Of a stretch of 64,000 nt of DNA, positions 16,151 through 26,298 are shown in pieces. The translations under genes and the position numbers were made by a program. The stretch is taken from positions 1 to 64,000 of the IMG/VR virus record IMGVR_UViG_3300047546_001733; one strand, 5' to 3'. Source of the stretch: a virus. How positions within the stretch are numbered: the first letter of the stretch is position 1; every line of letters starts with the position of its first letter. The notes under the pieces were generated by a model. The model was given only the letters and a program-made list of their open reading frames with translations. It did no database searches and was not told the origin of the DNA.

Positions 16151-16196
16151 CACTCACAACCCCTCACAACCCCTCACAATCCCTTACAATCCCTTA
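16151..16196. repeat. 10-bp tandem repeat (~4.5 x CCCTYACAAY)
   Basis: cactcacaac ccctcacaac ccctcacaat cccttacaat ccctta. Confidence 0.85.
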
Positions 16197-16417
16197 CGGA
16201 TACTCACGAGGAGCAAGGGAGTACGGAATGACCAGCGATAGCAAAAGTGTACCAGTGAAATAGGAAAAAAAGAGTGCACACGCTTCCATTGGTACAAAAC
16301 TTGTCGTATCAAAGTATGCAAGAAGAATACCGGCTACCACCGTATACCGAGTAAATAAAAACGGTACTTGAAGTAAAAAAAGAGGGTCACTCTGGTAGTC
16401 TGGTAGCCAGTCATACA

Positions 16418-16990
16418 CTAGCGCATAGTAAACCGAGAACCCTGTAAGAAGAAGGGATGCGACGAGGATGCTATAAGTTGATATTCCCCCACCGTAGACA
16501 AAAGCGAGAAGGTGATTGCTGTATCGCTCGTATTGCGTAGTAATAAATCTTGTAATTGCCCACGCATTCCAGTTTCGTTCCATATCGAGACGTTGTCCTG
16601 CCTTTCTACCCGTAATAACGGGGTACTGTGAATTACAAAGGTACGCTCAAGTCCAAGTTTTCGTGCTAACTCCGCATATCGAGATGCGACATCACACCAC
16701 CCACCCCCATACACGCCGTATACAGTCACCAGTTGATACCGGTCTGGGTGACCTACCGCTTCGTTAAACGACCATTCCTCACCCGGCTGTATGGTAAATT
16801 GAGACAGGGCGGGCAGGATAGCCTCAATGTTATGGTCAATCCCCGACCCTTTCGGAATAGGGGTTGCCGTTACTGAATGCGTATGTGGGAGAATACTCAC
16901 CACAAATAAACTAAGGAAACAGAAGGCGAAGAATATCAACCGTGGGCGTAAAGTGAATGTCTGAGCATCCATACGTCTTAGAAAATTCAC
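16418..16990 (-). CDS. VanW-family protein, membrane-anchored or secreted
   Basis: IQPGEEWSFNEAVG, YGGGWCDVAS, HS, DLLLRN match the VanW domain pattern; N-terminal hydrophobic segment. Confidence 0.75.
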   Translation of the reverse strand: MNFLRRMDAQTFTLRPRLIFFAFCFLSLFVVSILPHTHSVTATPIPKGSGIDHNIEAILPALSQFTIQPGEEWSFNEAVGHPDRYQLVTVYGVYGGGWCDVASRYAELARKLGLERTFVIHSTPLLRVERQDNVSIWNETGMRGQLQDLLLRNTSDTAITFSLLSTVGEYQLIASSSHPFFLQGSRFTMR

Positions 16991-17216
16991 GCCAATACTC
17001 CAAATCTAGCGGAATATCTATGTATACGGTAAACATAAGCGACGTATCGCTAAGGCGACTCTCTACCGGTTTACTTGACCTCCGCTGTAAATCAAGTGTT
17101 ATCTTGCGAACGTCCCTTTGGTCGTCCACGCTTTTTAGGGGAATGCGAATTGTCAGGACTCCATTCTGGCTTTTCTTCAAAATATCCCAAGTAAATTGCT
17201 CGTGTTCCGTCTGCAT
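16911..17216 (-). CDS. hypothetical protein
   Basis: AAGGAG RBS; overlaps neighbours. Confidence 0.5.
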   Translation of the reverse strand: MQTEHEQFTWDILKKSQNGVLTIRIPLKSVDDQRDVRKITLDLQRRSSKPVESRLSDTSLMFTVYIDIPLDLEYWREFSKTYGCSDIHFTPTVDILRLLFP

Positions 17217-17301
17217 TTTTCACTGCTCCTTTTCCACATAATCCAACAAGTTGTTTATTTCCCCACTTATCAATCGCTTCGTAGTAGTGCACTGATTACT
17301 C

Positions 17302-17685
17302 CTAATGCCCGAGGATTTCTTTAATGATAACTCGGTTAATGCGGGTATATTTATAGCCACCAAAGGCGGATAATCGCTCTCGAATTCGTTCTGCGAGATA
17401 ATTATAGACCTCTTTTGTTGACACCATATTCTTTGTGACTGCGGTGTGCACCGTAGCACAGTCTCCGTATACTTTTAAATAAACCTTACTCATGTCTTCG
17501 ACGTTGATGTGTAACCAGCGGAGCGCACGTAATAACACGGTAAACTCCGCTTGGTTACTATCACCAATCCCATCCATCTCATACGTTTGATGATGTCTCA
17601 GACATTCTTCCTTTACACTGTCAATGTAGACCTTAAAGCTCCCATGGACAGTTCCCCCATCAAAATAGAGATGAATCGTTTTCAT
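17302..17685 (-). CDS. RNase HI-like protein
   Basis: LYFDGG, SNQAEF, VYGDC acidic catalytic pattern. Confidence 0.8.
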   Translation of the reverse strand: MKTIHLYFDGGTVHGSFKVYIDSVKEECLRHHQTYEMDGIGDSNQAEFTVLLRALRWLHINVEDMSKVYLKVYGDCATVHTAVTKNMVSTKEVYNYLAERIRERLSAFGGYKYTRINRVIIKEILGH

Positions 17686-17687
17686 CC

Positions 17688-18842
17688 TTACTGACCGTCA
17701 ATGCCCTTCAACAACTGTGTCTGATACCATACGGTCTTCGTGTCACCAGTTGCACCTGCGGGAATAAATGTACTTCCATCCTTGTACATCAACGGACCAG
17801 TCCACAAATTCAAGCCGTCCTTAAGTGCGGTAAGGAACATTCCAAGTGACTTTGTTTGTGTTAGACCAGCACCCATCATAAATCCAATACCGCTCGTGTC
17901 ATGATTGTTCAAGTCAGCGAAGTTTGGACCAAACAAGACAAAACCGGGCTTCCATGTTCCTGCGATGTGTGCTTGTACCATCTTCTTGTATTCGGGGTAC
18001 CAGTTAAAGTATGGTACGCCAATACACGGGGCGGGACCCTTATCACACGCTCCCTTAAAGTCATAGGGAATACTCTTGACTGCCTTACCGCTTGCGTGTG
18101 CCTTTGCAACTTCTGTGACAACTTCGGGTGTGTCAATACCTGACATAATCACATCATACCCTTGCGTAATGTAATCGTTAATCACCAACGTTGGGTCAAG
18201 AGTTACACCCGGGATGTTGAACCAGAATCCAATCCACTTGACCGAGAACCGAAGTAGTGCTGGGTCTTGTGCTTTGTAGGATGTCCAACAGTATTGTGCA
18301 CCCAAATAAGCGGCATTTACCAAACGCCGAGTTTCGTCGTTAATCAGGGGACCAACATAAGCAATCTTCCCTGTGTTCGACTCCAGAGCCGCCGCACACC
18401 CGGCAATCATCTTCCCATACTCCATTTGCCCCATCATGTTACCAAGATTTGCCGGTGCCTTACCGGTCATTACGTCGTCACCTGATGCGTGCAAGAAAGA
18501 TACGTTGGGGTAATTAACTGCCGCCTCTCGAATGCTGTCTTTAAAGTCATCCGAATTAGCGATAATCATGGTCGCCCCTTGGGAAATAAGTTCGCTGGCT
18601 ACCTTTTCTGCGCTGACGTTGGGTCGGTCGGCTGGATTCACCTTGTCAACGTAAATAAATGTTACGTTCTCTTCCGCTTCGACTTGCTTCATCGCCTCAT
18701 AATGGGCTTGGCTCCAGCCACCGTCGTTCTTTGGACCAACCAGAATCATACCAATTGTAGGTTTCTGCGCTTCTACTGGCGCACCACATGATGCAAGCAT
18801 AAGCACTGCAAATGCAAGCAACGCAAATTTCCAAACTGACAT
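17688..18842 (-). CDS. BMP/PnrA-family ABC-transporter substrate-binding lipoprotein
   Basis: Lipobox LASC; GPKNDGGWSQAHYEA, TGKIAYVG, GYDVI motifs of BMP nucleoside-binding proteins. Confidence 0.85.
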   Translation of the reverse strand: MSVWKFALLAFAVLMLASCGAPVEAQKPTIGMILVGPKNDGGWSQAHYEAMKQVEAEENVTFIYVDKVNPADRPNVSAEKVASELISQGATMIIANSDDFKDSIREAAVNYPNVSFLHASGDDVMTGKAPANLGNMMGQMEYGKMIAGCAAALESNTGKIAYVGPLINDETRRLVNAAYLGAQYCWTSYKAQDPALLRFSVKWIGFWFNIPGVTLDPTLVINDYITQGYDVIMSGIDTPEVVTEVAKAHASGKAVKSIPYDFKGACDKGPAPCIGVPYFNWYPEYKKMVQAHIAGTWKPGFVLFGPNFADLNNHDTSGIGFMMGAGLTQTKSLGMFLTALKDGLNLWTGPLMYKDGSTFIPAGATGDTKTVWYQTQLLKGIDGQ

Positions 18843-18899
18843 AGCATCTCCTCGAGTGATGTTAGCACTTGTTTGTGCTACTTAGGTAGTATACCATAA

Positions 18900-20006
18900 T
18901 TATTTTTGTCTGTCAAGCCAGTACTTAATACGAGCCTCTGCAATTTCATTGTACTCAGCACTAAGGTCAACACCTATATAAGAAAATCCTGCATTAACAG
19001 CCGCACAACCCGTTGTACCACTTCCAGAAAACGGGTCAAGTACTGTACCAGACGGTGGAGTAATCATGCGAATAAGGTACTCCATAAGGGTAACTGGCTT
19101 CACTGTTGGGTGCTTGTTGCTTTGTGCTTCTTCAAGACCAGCCGATTTTTCTGTAGGTGACGGCTTAGCTACATAGAAAAAACGTGAGGCTGTATTACTT
19201 TGCTCATCAAGTATTTTTGCAGATTCCTCATCAAATATCACATTGGCAGTCCATCTCCCAAGTGGAGACGCTGGATTTGAAAAAGTGTATTCGTCGCTTT
19301 TTATACCAACGTAACCCCTAGTTCTTGGGGTAAGTCCCTTTCTACCGTAGTCTTCGTCGGTTGCAATTCGTGTTCCATCAATGTTAAGAGCACCAACACC
19401 CCACTCAAGTAAATTACTTGCTACCGTACCTAAAAATGGTTTACGAGCGAGCACTGCGGGTTCATTGGCGGGCTTCAACGCCGTGCCCCAGCCGTGCCAC
19501 TGCTGAGCTTCGGGCGTGACGGGAATATTACTGTCGTGTTCGTGATAGCCCTGTTGTCGTGCTTTGGTTAACCATGGTCTTGCGTCTAATTCATTAGAAC
19601 TGCCCTTACCTGCTGTAGAATGTGGTGTAATTGGCGTTTTTACTTTCTCCCGCATCGCCCCCGCTTGCCTATCCAATGCCTTGCTGACATCAAGCGATTT
19701 CGGAAACCCCGAGCCATAAATCCATTGAATGCAGTCCCGTATTTCAAATCCTGCGTCTTCAATAGCGCAGGTCATGCGATGGTACGTTCGTGCTCCACCG
19801 AAAGAAATTAAATGACCCCCCGGCTTTAATACACGAAGTACCTCTTTCCAGAGGTCGGTATTGTTTGCAATACCTGATTTATCCCACCCCTTATTCATAA
19901 ATCCTATTTCATACGGAGGGTCAGTAACTACACTGTCGATAGAATTGTCTGGTAGTGTTCTTAAAACATTTATTGAATTACCCGTGTATAGTTCGTATTT
20001 TACCAT
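18900..20006 (-). CDS. DNA amino-methyltransferase (N6A/N4C, beta class)
   Basis: DPPY motif IV near N-terminus, HPTVKP, VLDPFSGSGTTG motif I. Confidence 0.92.
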   Translation of the reverse strand: MVKYELYTGNSINVLRTLPDNSIDSVVTDPPYEIGFMNKGWDKSGIANNTDLWKEVLRVLKPGGHLISFGGARTYHRMTCAIEDAGFEIRDCIQWIYGSGFPKSLDVSKALDRQAGAMREKVKTPITPHSTAGKGSSNELDARPWLTKARQQGYHEHDSNIPVTPEAQQWHGWGTALKPANEPAVLARKPFLGTVASNLLEWGVGALNIDGTRIATDEDYGRKGLTPRTRGYVGIKSDEYTFSNPASPLGRWTANVIFDEESAKILDEQSNTASRFFYVAKPSPTEKSAGLEEAQSNKHPTVKPVTLMEYLIRMITPPSGTVLDPFSGSGTTGCAAVNAGFSYIGVDLSAEYNEIAEARIKYWLDRQK

Positions 20007-20161
20007 AGTCTTTTCCTTATATTTTTTTTTACTGTTGATTACTCAAAACTTTCAAGTACGTAGAGTTCTTTTAGTAGGTCTACAATATCTAAAAAATAAT
20101 CGGCAACCACAAGAATAGCCGTGATGAATACTATTTTTTCATACCATTTCATAAATCCTCC

Positions 20162-20195
20162 AAAAAAAGTCTAGCCCCCCTTACGGAGGGCTAGA
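20162..20195 (-). terminator. intrinsic terminator ending the packaging/lysis operon
   Basis: TCTAGCCCTCC-GTAA-GGGGGGCTAGA-CTTTTTTT on minus strand. Confidence 0.8.
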
Positions 20196-20201
20196 AATAC
20201 A

Positions 20202-20624
20202 TTAACCGTCAGCTTTTGTAATATCTACACTGATACTGAGTTGTTCCGGCTTTCGCTCATCAATAATTTGCTGAGCCAGTACGGGGTCAACCATAGCCTC
20301 AATACTCGATGCGACCGAATCCTTTGATTTGTTCACAAGCGCATCTTGTGGGAATAGCCCAGCGTGTAGGTTCAGTGTGCGGAAAAATGTGTGATATACT
20401 GTCTGCGAGATAGTGAGAATAGTGGTAAAATTGGTTAGGGTTGCCTGAGGCGTTACCTCGTTATCAATTACCGCCATAAGAGTCGCCACAATAATCGAAA
20501 GAGCGGCGGCAAGACCGAATTTGTAATACGGCTTCCACGACACTCGCTGTAGGTACAGCACCGCAAAGGGAATAATTGTACCCGTAACAAACTGTAAAAT
20601 AACAGTCAATGAATCATTTTCCAT
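20202..20624 (-). CDS. putative holin
   Basis: 2-3 TM segments, adjacent to amidase. Confidence 0.6.
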   Translation of the reverse strand: MENDSLTVILQFVTGTIIPFAVLYLQRVSWKPYYKFGLAAALSIIVATLMAVIDNEVTPQATLTNFTTILTISQTVYHTFFRTLNLHAGLFPQDALVNKSKDSVASSIEAMVDPVLAQQIIDERKPEQLSISVDITKADG

Positions 20625-20997
20625 GAGATTCTCCTCCTAGTTTACGTAATAGTTCTGCCATACGTCGTTCAAGTATGTCCATATCAGTAAGTCGTTGCTC
20701 CAAATACGCAAGGCGATTTTTTGTGCTATCTCGTTCTTTTTGTAATTCGCTTATGTCAAGAATAAGTTTATCTCGTTCTTTTCGCAGTTCTTGGTTTTCT
20801 GCGTGTAGTGTTTTATTTTCCTGCTCAAGAGCAGAAATACGTGCTGAATGATGTTGTACAAGTTGAAGTAAGTCGGTGCGTAAATCACTCTCTGCATCTT
20901 GATTTTTACTTCGTAAGGCGACAATAGAGCCGATAATACCAGCAACAGCACCGGCAATTGCAGAAATAATACTCGTGGAATCTACTTGATTTGACAT
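20614..20997 (-). CDS. single-TM coiled-coil lysis-cassette protein
   Basis: N-terminal TM and long heptad coil, between endolysin and holin. Confidence 0.6.
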   Translation of the reverse strand: MSNQVDSTSIISAIAGAVAGIIGSIVALRSKNQDAESDLRTDLLQLVQHHSARISALEQENKTLHAENQELRKERDKLILDISELQKERDSTKNRLAYLEQRLTDMDILERRMAELLRKLGGESHGK

Positions 20998-21701
20998 TAC
21001 GACCTCGCTTTAAGAAGTGGTTCAAAAATATATCCTAGACCAACAGCGTAACGCCAGCGACTCACTCCATTAATTGTCTCCCCAAAAAATATGTCGGCAT
21101 CAAAAGACATTACAGGAGTACCTGCCTCGAGGGTAGTAACTACGGCGGAGTCTCTTGTGACTGATTTACGAATATTTGCACGAGTCGTTGTCGTGTATAT
21201 CTTATAGGGCGTTAAACGCATCTTCTTCCAGTGGGCAAACCCAGCGTCAGTAACGCCACTTGGGTCTATTTTTCTCCCCGCTGGGGCGGCAATACTTCGG
21301 TGCATCTGTGGATTTAATCCCGGGTAGGTGCGTGCGAGTCTCGTTATTTCTTCCCACATTAACCCATTCCAAAATCCCTCTAAAGGAGAGAAATGGACTT
21401 CAACACCAATTGCAGACGGGTTTGCTGTATCTGGAGTAAATGTTTTCCCAGTGTGCCATGCTACGTATTCCGCAGGATTCAGTAATTGAAACGTGTCACC
21501 CGTTTTTGATACAAGGTAGTGAGCACTTACATCTTTTGACATAATCAGAAAGTTTCGTTCTGCCCCGATGCTACTATTAGCTCTTCCATTTGTTGTATGA
21601 ATAACAAGTGTCTTGTATTCAATATTTTTGTTTCGAAGTGAGTACCCCTCATTCGCTCTGAGGTAATTGTTCTTCTGGTACTCCTCCTTGATTATTATCA
21701 T
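20997..21701 (-). CDS. endolysin, N-acetylmuramoyl-L-alanine amidase with SH3-like tail
   Basis: VIHTT, SAHYLV, AWHTG, IGVE, HRSIA..RKIDP. Confidence 0.9.
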   Translation of the reverse strand: MIIIKEEYQKNNYLRANEGYSLRNKNIEYKTLVIHTTNGRANSSIGAERNFLIMSKDVSAHYLVSKTGDTFQLLNPAEYVAWHTGKTFTPDTANPSAIGVEVHFSPLEGFWNGLMWEEITRLARTYPGLNPQMHRSIAAPAGRKIDPSGVTDAGFAHWKKMRLTPYKIYTTTTRANIRKSVTRDSAVVTTLEAGTPVMSFDADIFFGETINGVSRWRYAVGLGYIFEPLLKARS

Positions 21702-23064
21702 TCGTCAGTTCCTCCAGTGTGTTACTCTCTGTGTCGATTTTTTCCTGCTCGTCTTCATAGGTAGTACCATAGAGTGAGGCAATTGTGTCCTTAGAAATGG
21801 CTCCAATTTGTTGTGCTTGAATAGCGAGTTGTGTCAGTGCAGTAATATCTTGAAGTGCAATTGGGCTGAAAGAGGGCTTCGGGTGCCACGGAAAATCATT
21901 CTTTACCGCAATTTCTTTGTAGAAACCTTCAACCCAGAGAAGTATTGCCTCTCTTAGTTCATTTAACGTGGACACCGGACCAAGACTCGCTGTTTTATTA
22001 TCTGACGCATTACTTCGTAATGTTTCACCTACAGCAAGAATTCTCGGAAATCCGAGTGCAAGAAAAATATCTGCATTCGGCTCAACATATTTTGCTTCAT
22101 TGAGTAGTGCCTCGAGTGGTGGTGTAATCCACGAAACTTCAATTGTATGGTTCGTGAAGAAGTTGAAGACTCGGTCGCCTGTGACAGCGGCTGTTGCCAA
22201 CACTGTTTCTGTTGACTTAATATCGTCATCAGTTGCAGGGAACTTATCCGAACCAATTCGCACATGACGTAAAAGTTCACTTGCTCTAGCGGCGATACTT
22301 CTATCCATAATTTTCAAGTAGTATTTATGCTGTAGAGCAAATAGTGCATTTTGTAAATATGGCTTTGGGTAATCTTCGTAAGAACGTAGTCTCCGGTATA
22401 TTGGGCGTGCGTTTGGTAGAGGGAATATTGTGACACCCTTCTGTATTGCTTTTACATAACTAGGAAACTCACGAACTAACTCATTGTACGCCTCGGTGTC
22501 TACTGCACCATCGGTACGATTTCCCTTGTTCATAATGAAGTCAATATCTTCTTTCGGGACTTTAACAAATACACTCCGCTCCATACCTATCAATTTTTTA
22601 CGTAAAATAATATTTTCTGGATTTCTTACCCAGAAGGAGTTTGGGAAAAAGACACGCTTTCTCCCAAGAGTTGGGTCAACCCGATTTCCCATAATAACTC
22701 CATAAGTTACTTCTGGTACTGCCATACCGTGGAGAATGTAATCGAGTGCGACTACTTTAAGATACGGTTGAATGTAGTCTGCCACCGCATCGTAAAATTC
22801 TACGTATGCCTCTGGATTATCTTTATCCTTGCGATTCCGTAGTTTTGTAATTGCCATGTCAACCATACGGTCAACAACTGTACCTGCGATTGTGTCCTGT
22901 TCATAAAAATATCGGCAGAACTTTATAATCTCATGATACGTGTATTTTTTCGAATTGTCAAATGGTAGCATGGTTGGGTCATAATAACCGGCTACAAATT
23001 GATTATTCACAAGAAACGGCGACGGCATATATGCTGATGTCGCTTTTGCTAATGGTTTATCCAT
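21649..23064 (-). CDS. portal protein
   Basis: 471 aa, directly downstream of TerL, portal-like helical composition. Confidence 0.75.
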   Translation of the reverse strand: MDKPLAKATSAYMPSPFLVNNQFVAGYYDPTMLPFDNSKKYTYHEIIKFCRYFYEQDTIAGTVVDRMVDMAITKLRNRKDKDNPEAYVEFYDAVADYIQPYLKVVALDYILHGMAVPEVTYGVIMGNRVDPTLGRKRVFFPNSFWVRNPENIILRKKLIGMERSVFVKVPKEDIDFIMNKGNRTDGAVDTEAYNELVREFPSYVKAIQKGVTIFPLPNARPIYRRLRSYEDYPKPYLQNALFALQHKYYLKIMDRSIAARASELLRHVRIGSDKFPATDDDIKSTETVLATAAVTGDRVFNFFTNHTIEVSWITPPLEALLNEAKYVEPNADIFLALGFPRILAVGETLRSNASDNKTASLGPVSTLNELREAILLWVEGFYKEIAVKNDFPWHPKPSFSPIALQDITALTQLAIQAQQIGAISKDTIASLYGTTYEDEQEKIDTESNTLEELTNDNNQGGVPEEQLPQSE

Positions 23065-23066
23065 TT

Positions 23067-25670
23067 TTACCTCACTGTTGTATTACTTACTGGTTTTGCG
23101 AGAATGGGTAACACTGACTGAGAAACTGCTGTTTTACCTCGTAGCGCATAAATAAAACACAAGTAACTTGCAAAGATATGGTCATCGTCAGAGGCACCAA
23201 CACCCCGTTCATTCATGATGTAGTAGTGGTCATTTCCGGTGATACGTTTCTGACGAGTAAGTCGCTCTAACTGACTTACACCCTCAGTGTCTATCTCAGA
23301 AAATAAGAGCGTACCCTCTGAGACCATTCGTGCGATTTCCTTCGAACCCCAACTGCGAAATACCTCAGTAAGTTCAGTATCGTCGTCTGTTCTACCAACT
23401 GACACACGCTCATTAAAAAGCACAGGAATAATTCTTTCAGCATATTTGTAAACAGTATATTCCTCCCGACTACAAAGTGATTGGTAGATACCCGCACCAC
23501 CACCACCTGCGCCTACGTCAATTGCAATCTTTGTGGGATTATAAAACTGAGTAAGGTAATGGATAATTGACTCTTGTTCAGGATAATCAATCTTAGTAAT
23601 TCGGTATCGTACAAGTGTAATATATTTATTATTCTTCGCCGCAACCACCTGTATAACGGTTGGGTCTGAAAATCCAGTGTCTATAGAAAAAATAACATAA
23701 TCATAACCAGTAACTTTATGTAACTTTAGTACGTCCTTAAATGACTTCCCCTTTAGTTTATCATTGTTAGAAAAACGATAACTAAAAAAATCAACCTGCT
23801 CAAGGGTAAATGCGTCTCTAGGAATTACTTGAAAACTTGCTGACCCATGACGACCAAGTACAAGTTGTTGAAAAATGTCTTCCTCGATACCTCCGTACTT
23901 GCGGAGTGCGTCATTCCAGTCATCTAGTGTAAAGTATGGATTGTTTGGTGACGGGATGCGATACTTTTTATACTTTGGGCGACGGATGTCTAGGTCGTAA
24001 AGCGCACTGTTTCGTAATCCGTTAGGTACACCACAGTAAATTTCCTGTATCTTTGGTTCCCACGTATTTAGTGTAGGCTGGAGTTGATTAAAAGCGGTCA
24101 TGGGAAACAACTGCATCTCATCGCCAGCAATACGTGGAATATGTAAACCTACTAAGTTATTACTTTCTTTTGTACCCGCAATACGGGCATTAAACCGGTG
24201 ATTTCGCGAGCCAAACTTGAAATCTAGCGTACCTTTCGAGCGATTAATGTTATTACCCAGAAAGTCTTTTAGTAACGGGCTTGTAGTAAATTTAAGTACA
24301 AGTCTGTCAAGTAACGGTGTTAACTGATTTGAGTTTGGGGTTACAAGAAGTTGTTCAGACGTTTTTGGGAATTCAATGTCATTGTTAACAATCTGGTAAG
24401 TCAGTAAGTCTTCAATAATCACCGAATTATGCACAACAATATAGTTAGAAATATACGTCTCGTCAGTATAAACGTGTACTGCATAAGTGGGCATATTGTA
24501 GGAACGACTTTTCCTGTGCTCAATCGCCTCCCAACGTATATTATCTGGTGGTTCTACGTTACTAAGGTCTAGGTTGACTTTAATACCAGGTACAGTGAAT
24601 GTAGACCAGAAGCGTAGTGCATTTTCTTTATCTAGCGTGGTTATTTCCCAGATAGAAAAGTCGCCGGTATATCCGTGGGTTTTTTGTACAACATCACCAG
24701 TCTTTTTTCTGGTTGTGCTTATACCAAAGTATAACAAAATTTCTTGAAACTCTTTTGTAAAATTTTCGTTTGGTACTCTCAGAGATACTTCGGTACTTGA
24801 GAAAGCACCATACTGAGCAAAAACTGCCTCTAGAAAAACTTTAATATTCTCGAGACGTTGAGTTTTTAAAAAGTCTAAATTTTGTTTCTTGCGTCCGTTG
24901 CTTTTTGTGTTAATACCACACTCACGCCACAATTGACGAATGTAGTGCCGTGTCTGCCCAGTTTTAATGCGGTCGAGATAATACTTACCATCCTCAATTC
25001 GTAAATTAAGAAACATATTCTTAGCAATAAATTCGAGTTCTTCTGCAACTTGTTTAAACCGTGGTTTGATTCCCATATATCCAATGACCTTTAGGTCGTT
25101 GAGAATATCATAACCCATCGCACGTAATTCAAACCATGAGAATGTATTTAATACGCAGTGGTCAGTTGGTAAAATGTTTGTGACTGCAACTAAGTCGCCC
25201 ACAACCAAGTCACCTGCAAGTACAAAGCCACGAGGCGTAAGTATCGGATGGTTATACGTACATTCAATTTCTTGAGTAGCTGTTTTAAATTTATGTAACT
25301 TTGCCCATTTATCCTTTGTAATAGTAGCCCGCCGCTGTTTAAATTTACCGTCGGTGGAATACGCATAAGTAACAAAAGAGTCTTTACGCAATAATTCACC
25401 GATAGTTTTAAAGCCCTCAGTGGTATATACCGTGGACGATGTTGGCTGACATTTACCAATTGAGCGACCGCCGGTGATAACAATATGTTTATTTTGGTCT
25501 GTAAGAATTTCGCGTTGGTATGGGCGGTGCTTAAATTCATCTGATGACCAGTTATTTTTATTCATGTCCCCGTTATTTGTTGAGCGAAGGAATTCACTAA
25601 ACCACACAGGGTCTTCTATAATCTCGAGTAAGGCTAACTCCGATTCATCAATTTTCTTCTGTAGAGCCAT
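23067..25670 (-). CDS. terL: terminase large subunit containing an intein
   Basis: RPYQ Q-motif, Walker A GRSIGK/S split by intein, Walker B IAGDE, nuclease IDTGFSDP...DDH; GGAGG favours start at 25670. Confidence 0.9.
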   Translation of the reverse strand: MALQKKIDESELALLEIIEDPVWFSEFLRSTNNGDMNKNNWSSDEFKHRPYQREILTDQNKHIVITGGRSIGKCQPTSSTVYTTEGFKTIGELLRKDSFVTYAYSTDGKFKQRRATITKDKWAKLHKFKTATQEIECTYNHPILTPRGFVLAGDLVVGDLVAVTNILPTDHCVLNTFSWFELRAMGYDILNDLKVIGYMGIKPRFKQVAEELEFIAKNMFLNLRIEDGKYYLDRIKTGQTRHYIRQLWRECGINTKSNGRKKQNLDFLKTQRLENIKVFLEAVFAQYGAFSSTEVSLRVPNENFTKEFQEILLYFGISTTRKKTGDVVQKTHGYTGDFSIWEITTLDKENALRFWSTFTVPGIKVNLDLSNVEPPDNIRWEAIEHRKSRSYNMPTYAVHVYTDETYISNYIVVHNSVIIEDLLTYQIVNNDIEFPKTSEQLLVTPNSNQLTPLLDRLVLKFTTSPLLKDFLGNNINRSKGTLDFKFGSRNHRFNARIAGTKESNNLVGLHIPRIAGDEMQLFPMTAFNQLQPTLNTWEPKIQEIYCGVPNGLRNSALYDLDIRRPKYKKYRIPSPNNPYFTLDDWNDALRKYGGIEEDIFQQLVLGRHGSASFQVIPRDAFTLEQVDFFSYRFSNNDKLKGKSFKDVLKLHKVTGYDYVIFSIDTGFSDPTVIQVVAAKNNKYITLVRYRITKIDYPEQESIIHYLTQFYNPTKIAIDVGAGGGGAGIYQSLCSREEYTVYKYAERIIPVLFNERVSVGRTDDDTELTEVFRSWGSKEIARMVSEGTLLFSEIDTEGVSQLERLTRQKRITGNDHYYIMNERGVGASDDDHIFASYLCFIYALRGKTAVSQSVLPILAKPVSNTTVR
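24426..25451 (-). mobile_element. intein (342 aa) with degenerate LAGLIDADG-type region
   Basis: Starts CQPTSSTV, block B ECTYNHPILT, ends IVVHN followed by Ser+1. Confidence 0.92.
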
Positions 25671-26298
25671 CCTCATCCTCCATTATTACAACATCTTCAT
25701 CACTTTCGATTTCTGGTACATCGCTGGATTTTGCGGGTTGTATAACCTCGTAAAGATATTGTTTTCTCCACTTGTAATCTTTAATATCAAAAAATATACC
25801 CTCACTAGCACTCTTTCTGGTCATCGTAACTCTTCGATTACACTGACTGCATTGTGTTTCGAAGTGAAATGCAGTGTGCTCCATTACAGGTGAAAACCGT
25901 GCCAGTAGTATTTTACAGTCAGGGCAATATACTTTTACTAATCGTTTTTCTATAAAATTTTGAGCAGTTACTTTTAATGTTGTTAAATAACTTGAGATAC
26001 TATCAGAATTCTCAGACTTTCTGGTCTTTCGGTCAAGGGCAAGTGCCCGCTCTACCTGTAGATTTCTTTCAATAAGGTCACGGATAGAATTACCGACACG
26101 CTGTATTGACTCAATATTTTCCATGATAGAAGACGACTCAGTAAGGAGTAGCATCTCTTGTTGTAATCTTTCAATAAGTACTTGATTTTGTATTAAAATC
26201 TCGAGATTAGCCCTGTCATTCGGAGAGTTAAGTGTCTCCAAGTCGTATTTATCACTATAATCCTTTAAAATCTCTTGAAACCTTGATTTTTTCGTCAT
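25648..26298 (-). CDS. putative terminase small subunit with zinc ribbon
   Basis: Immediately upstream of TerL; coiled coil plus CPDC...CSQC. Confidence 0.55.
   Translation of the reverse strand: MTKKSRFQEILKDYSDKYDLETLNSPNDRANLEILIQNQVLIERLQQEMLLLTESSSIMENIESIQRVGNSIRDLIERNLQVERALALDRKTRKSENSDSISSYLTTLKVTAQNFIEKRLVKVYCPDCKILLARFSPVMEHTAFHFETQCSQCNRRVTMTRKSASEGIFFDIKDYKWRKQYLYEVIQPAKSSDVPEIESDEDVVIMEDEDGSTEEN

Noticed and set aside
16194-16583. 129-aa hydrophobic ORF
   Set aside because: Overlaps the VanW-like gene by 166 nt with no clear RBS; a shorter membrane gene is possible but unsupported.
17092-17292. 66-aa ORF with AT-hook-like KKRGRPK
   Set aside because: Has a plausible RBS but overlaps 16911..17216 by 125 nt; I cannot decide which is real, so it is not listed as a feature.
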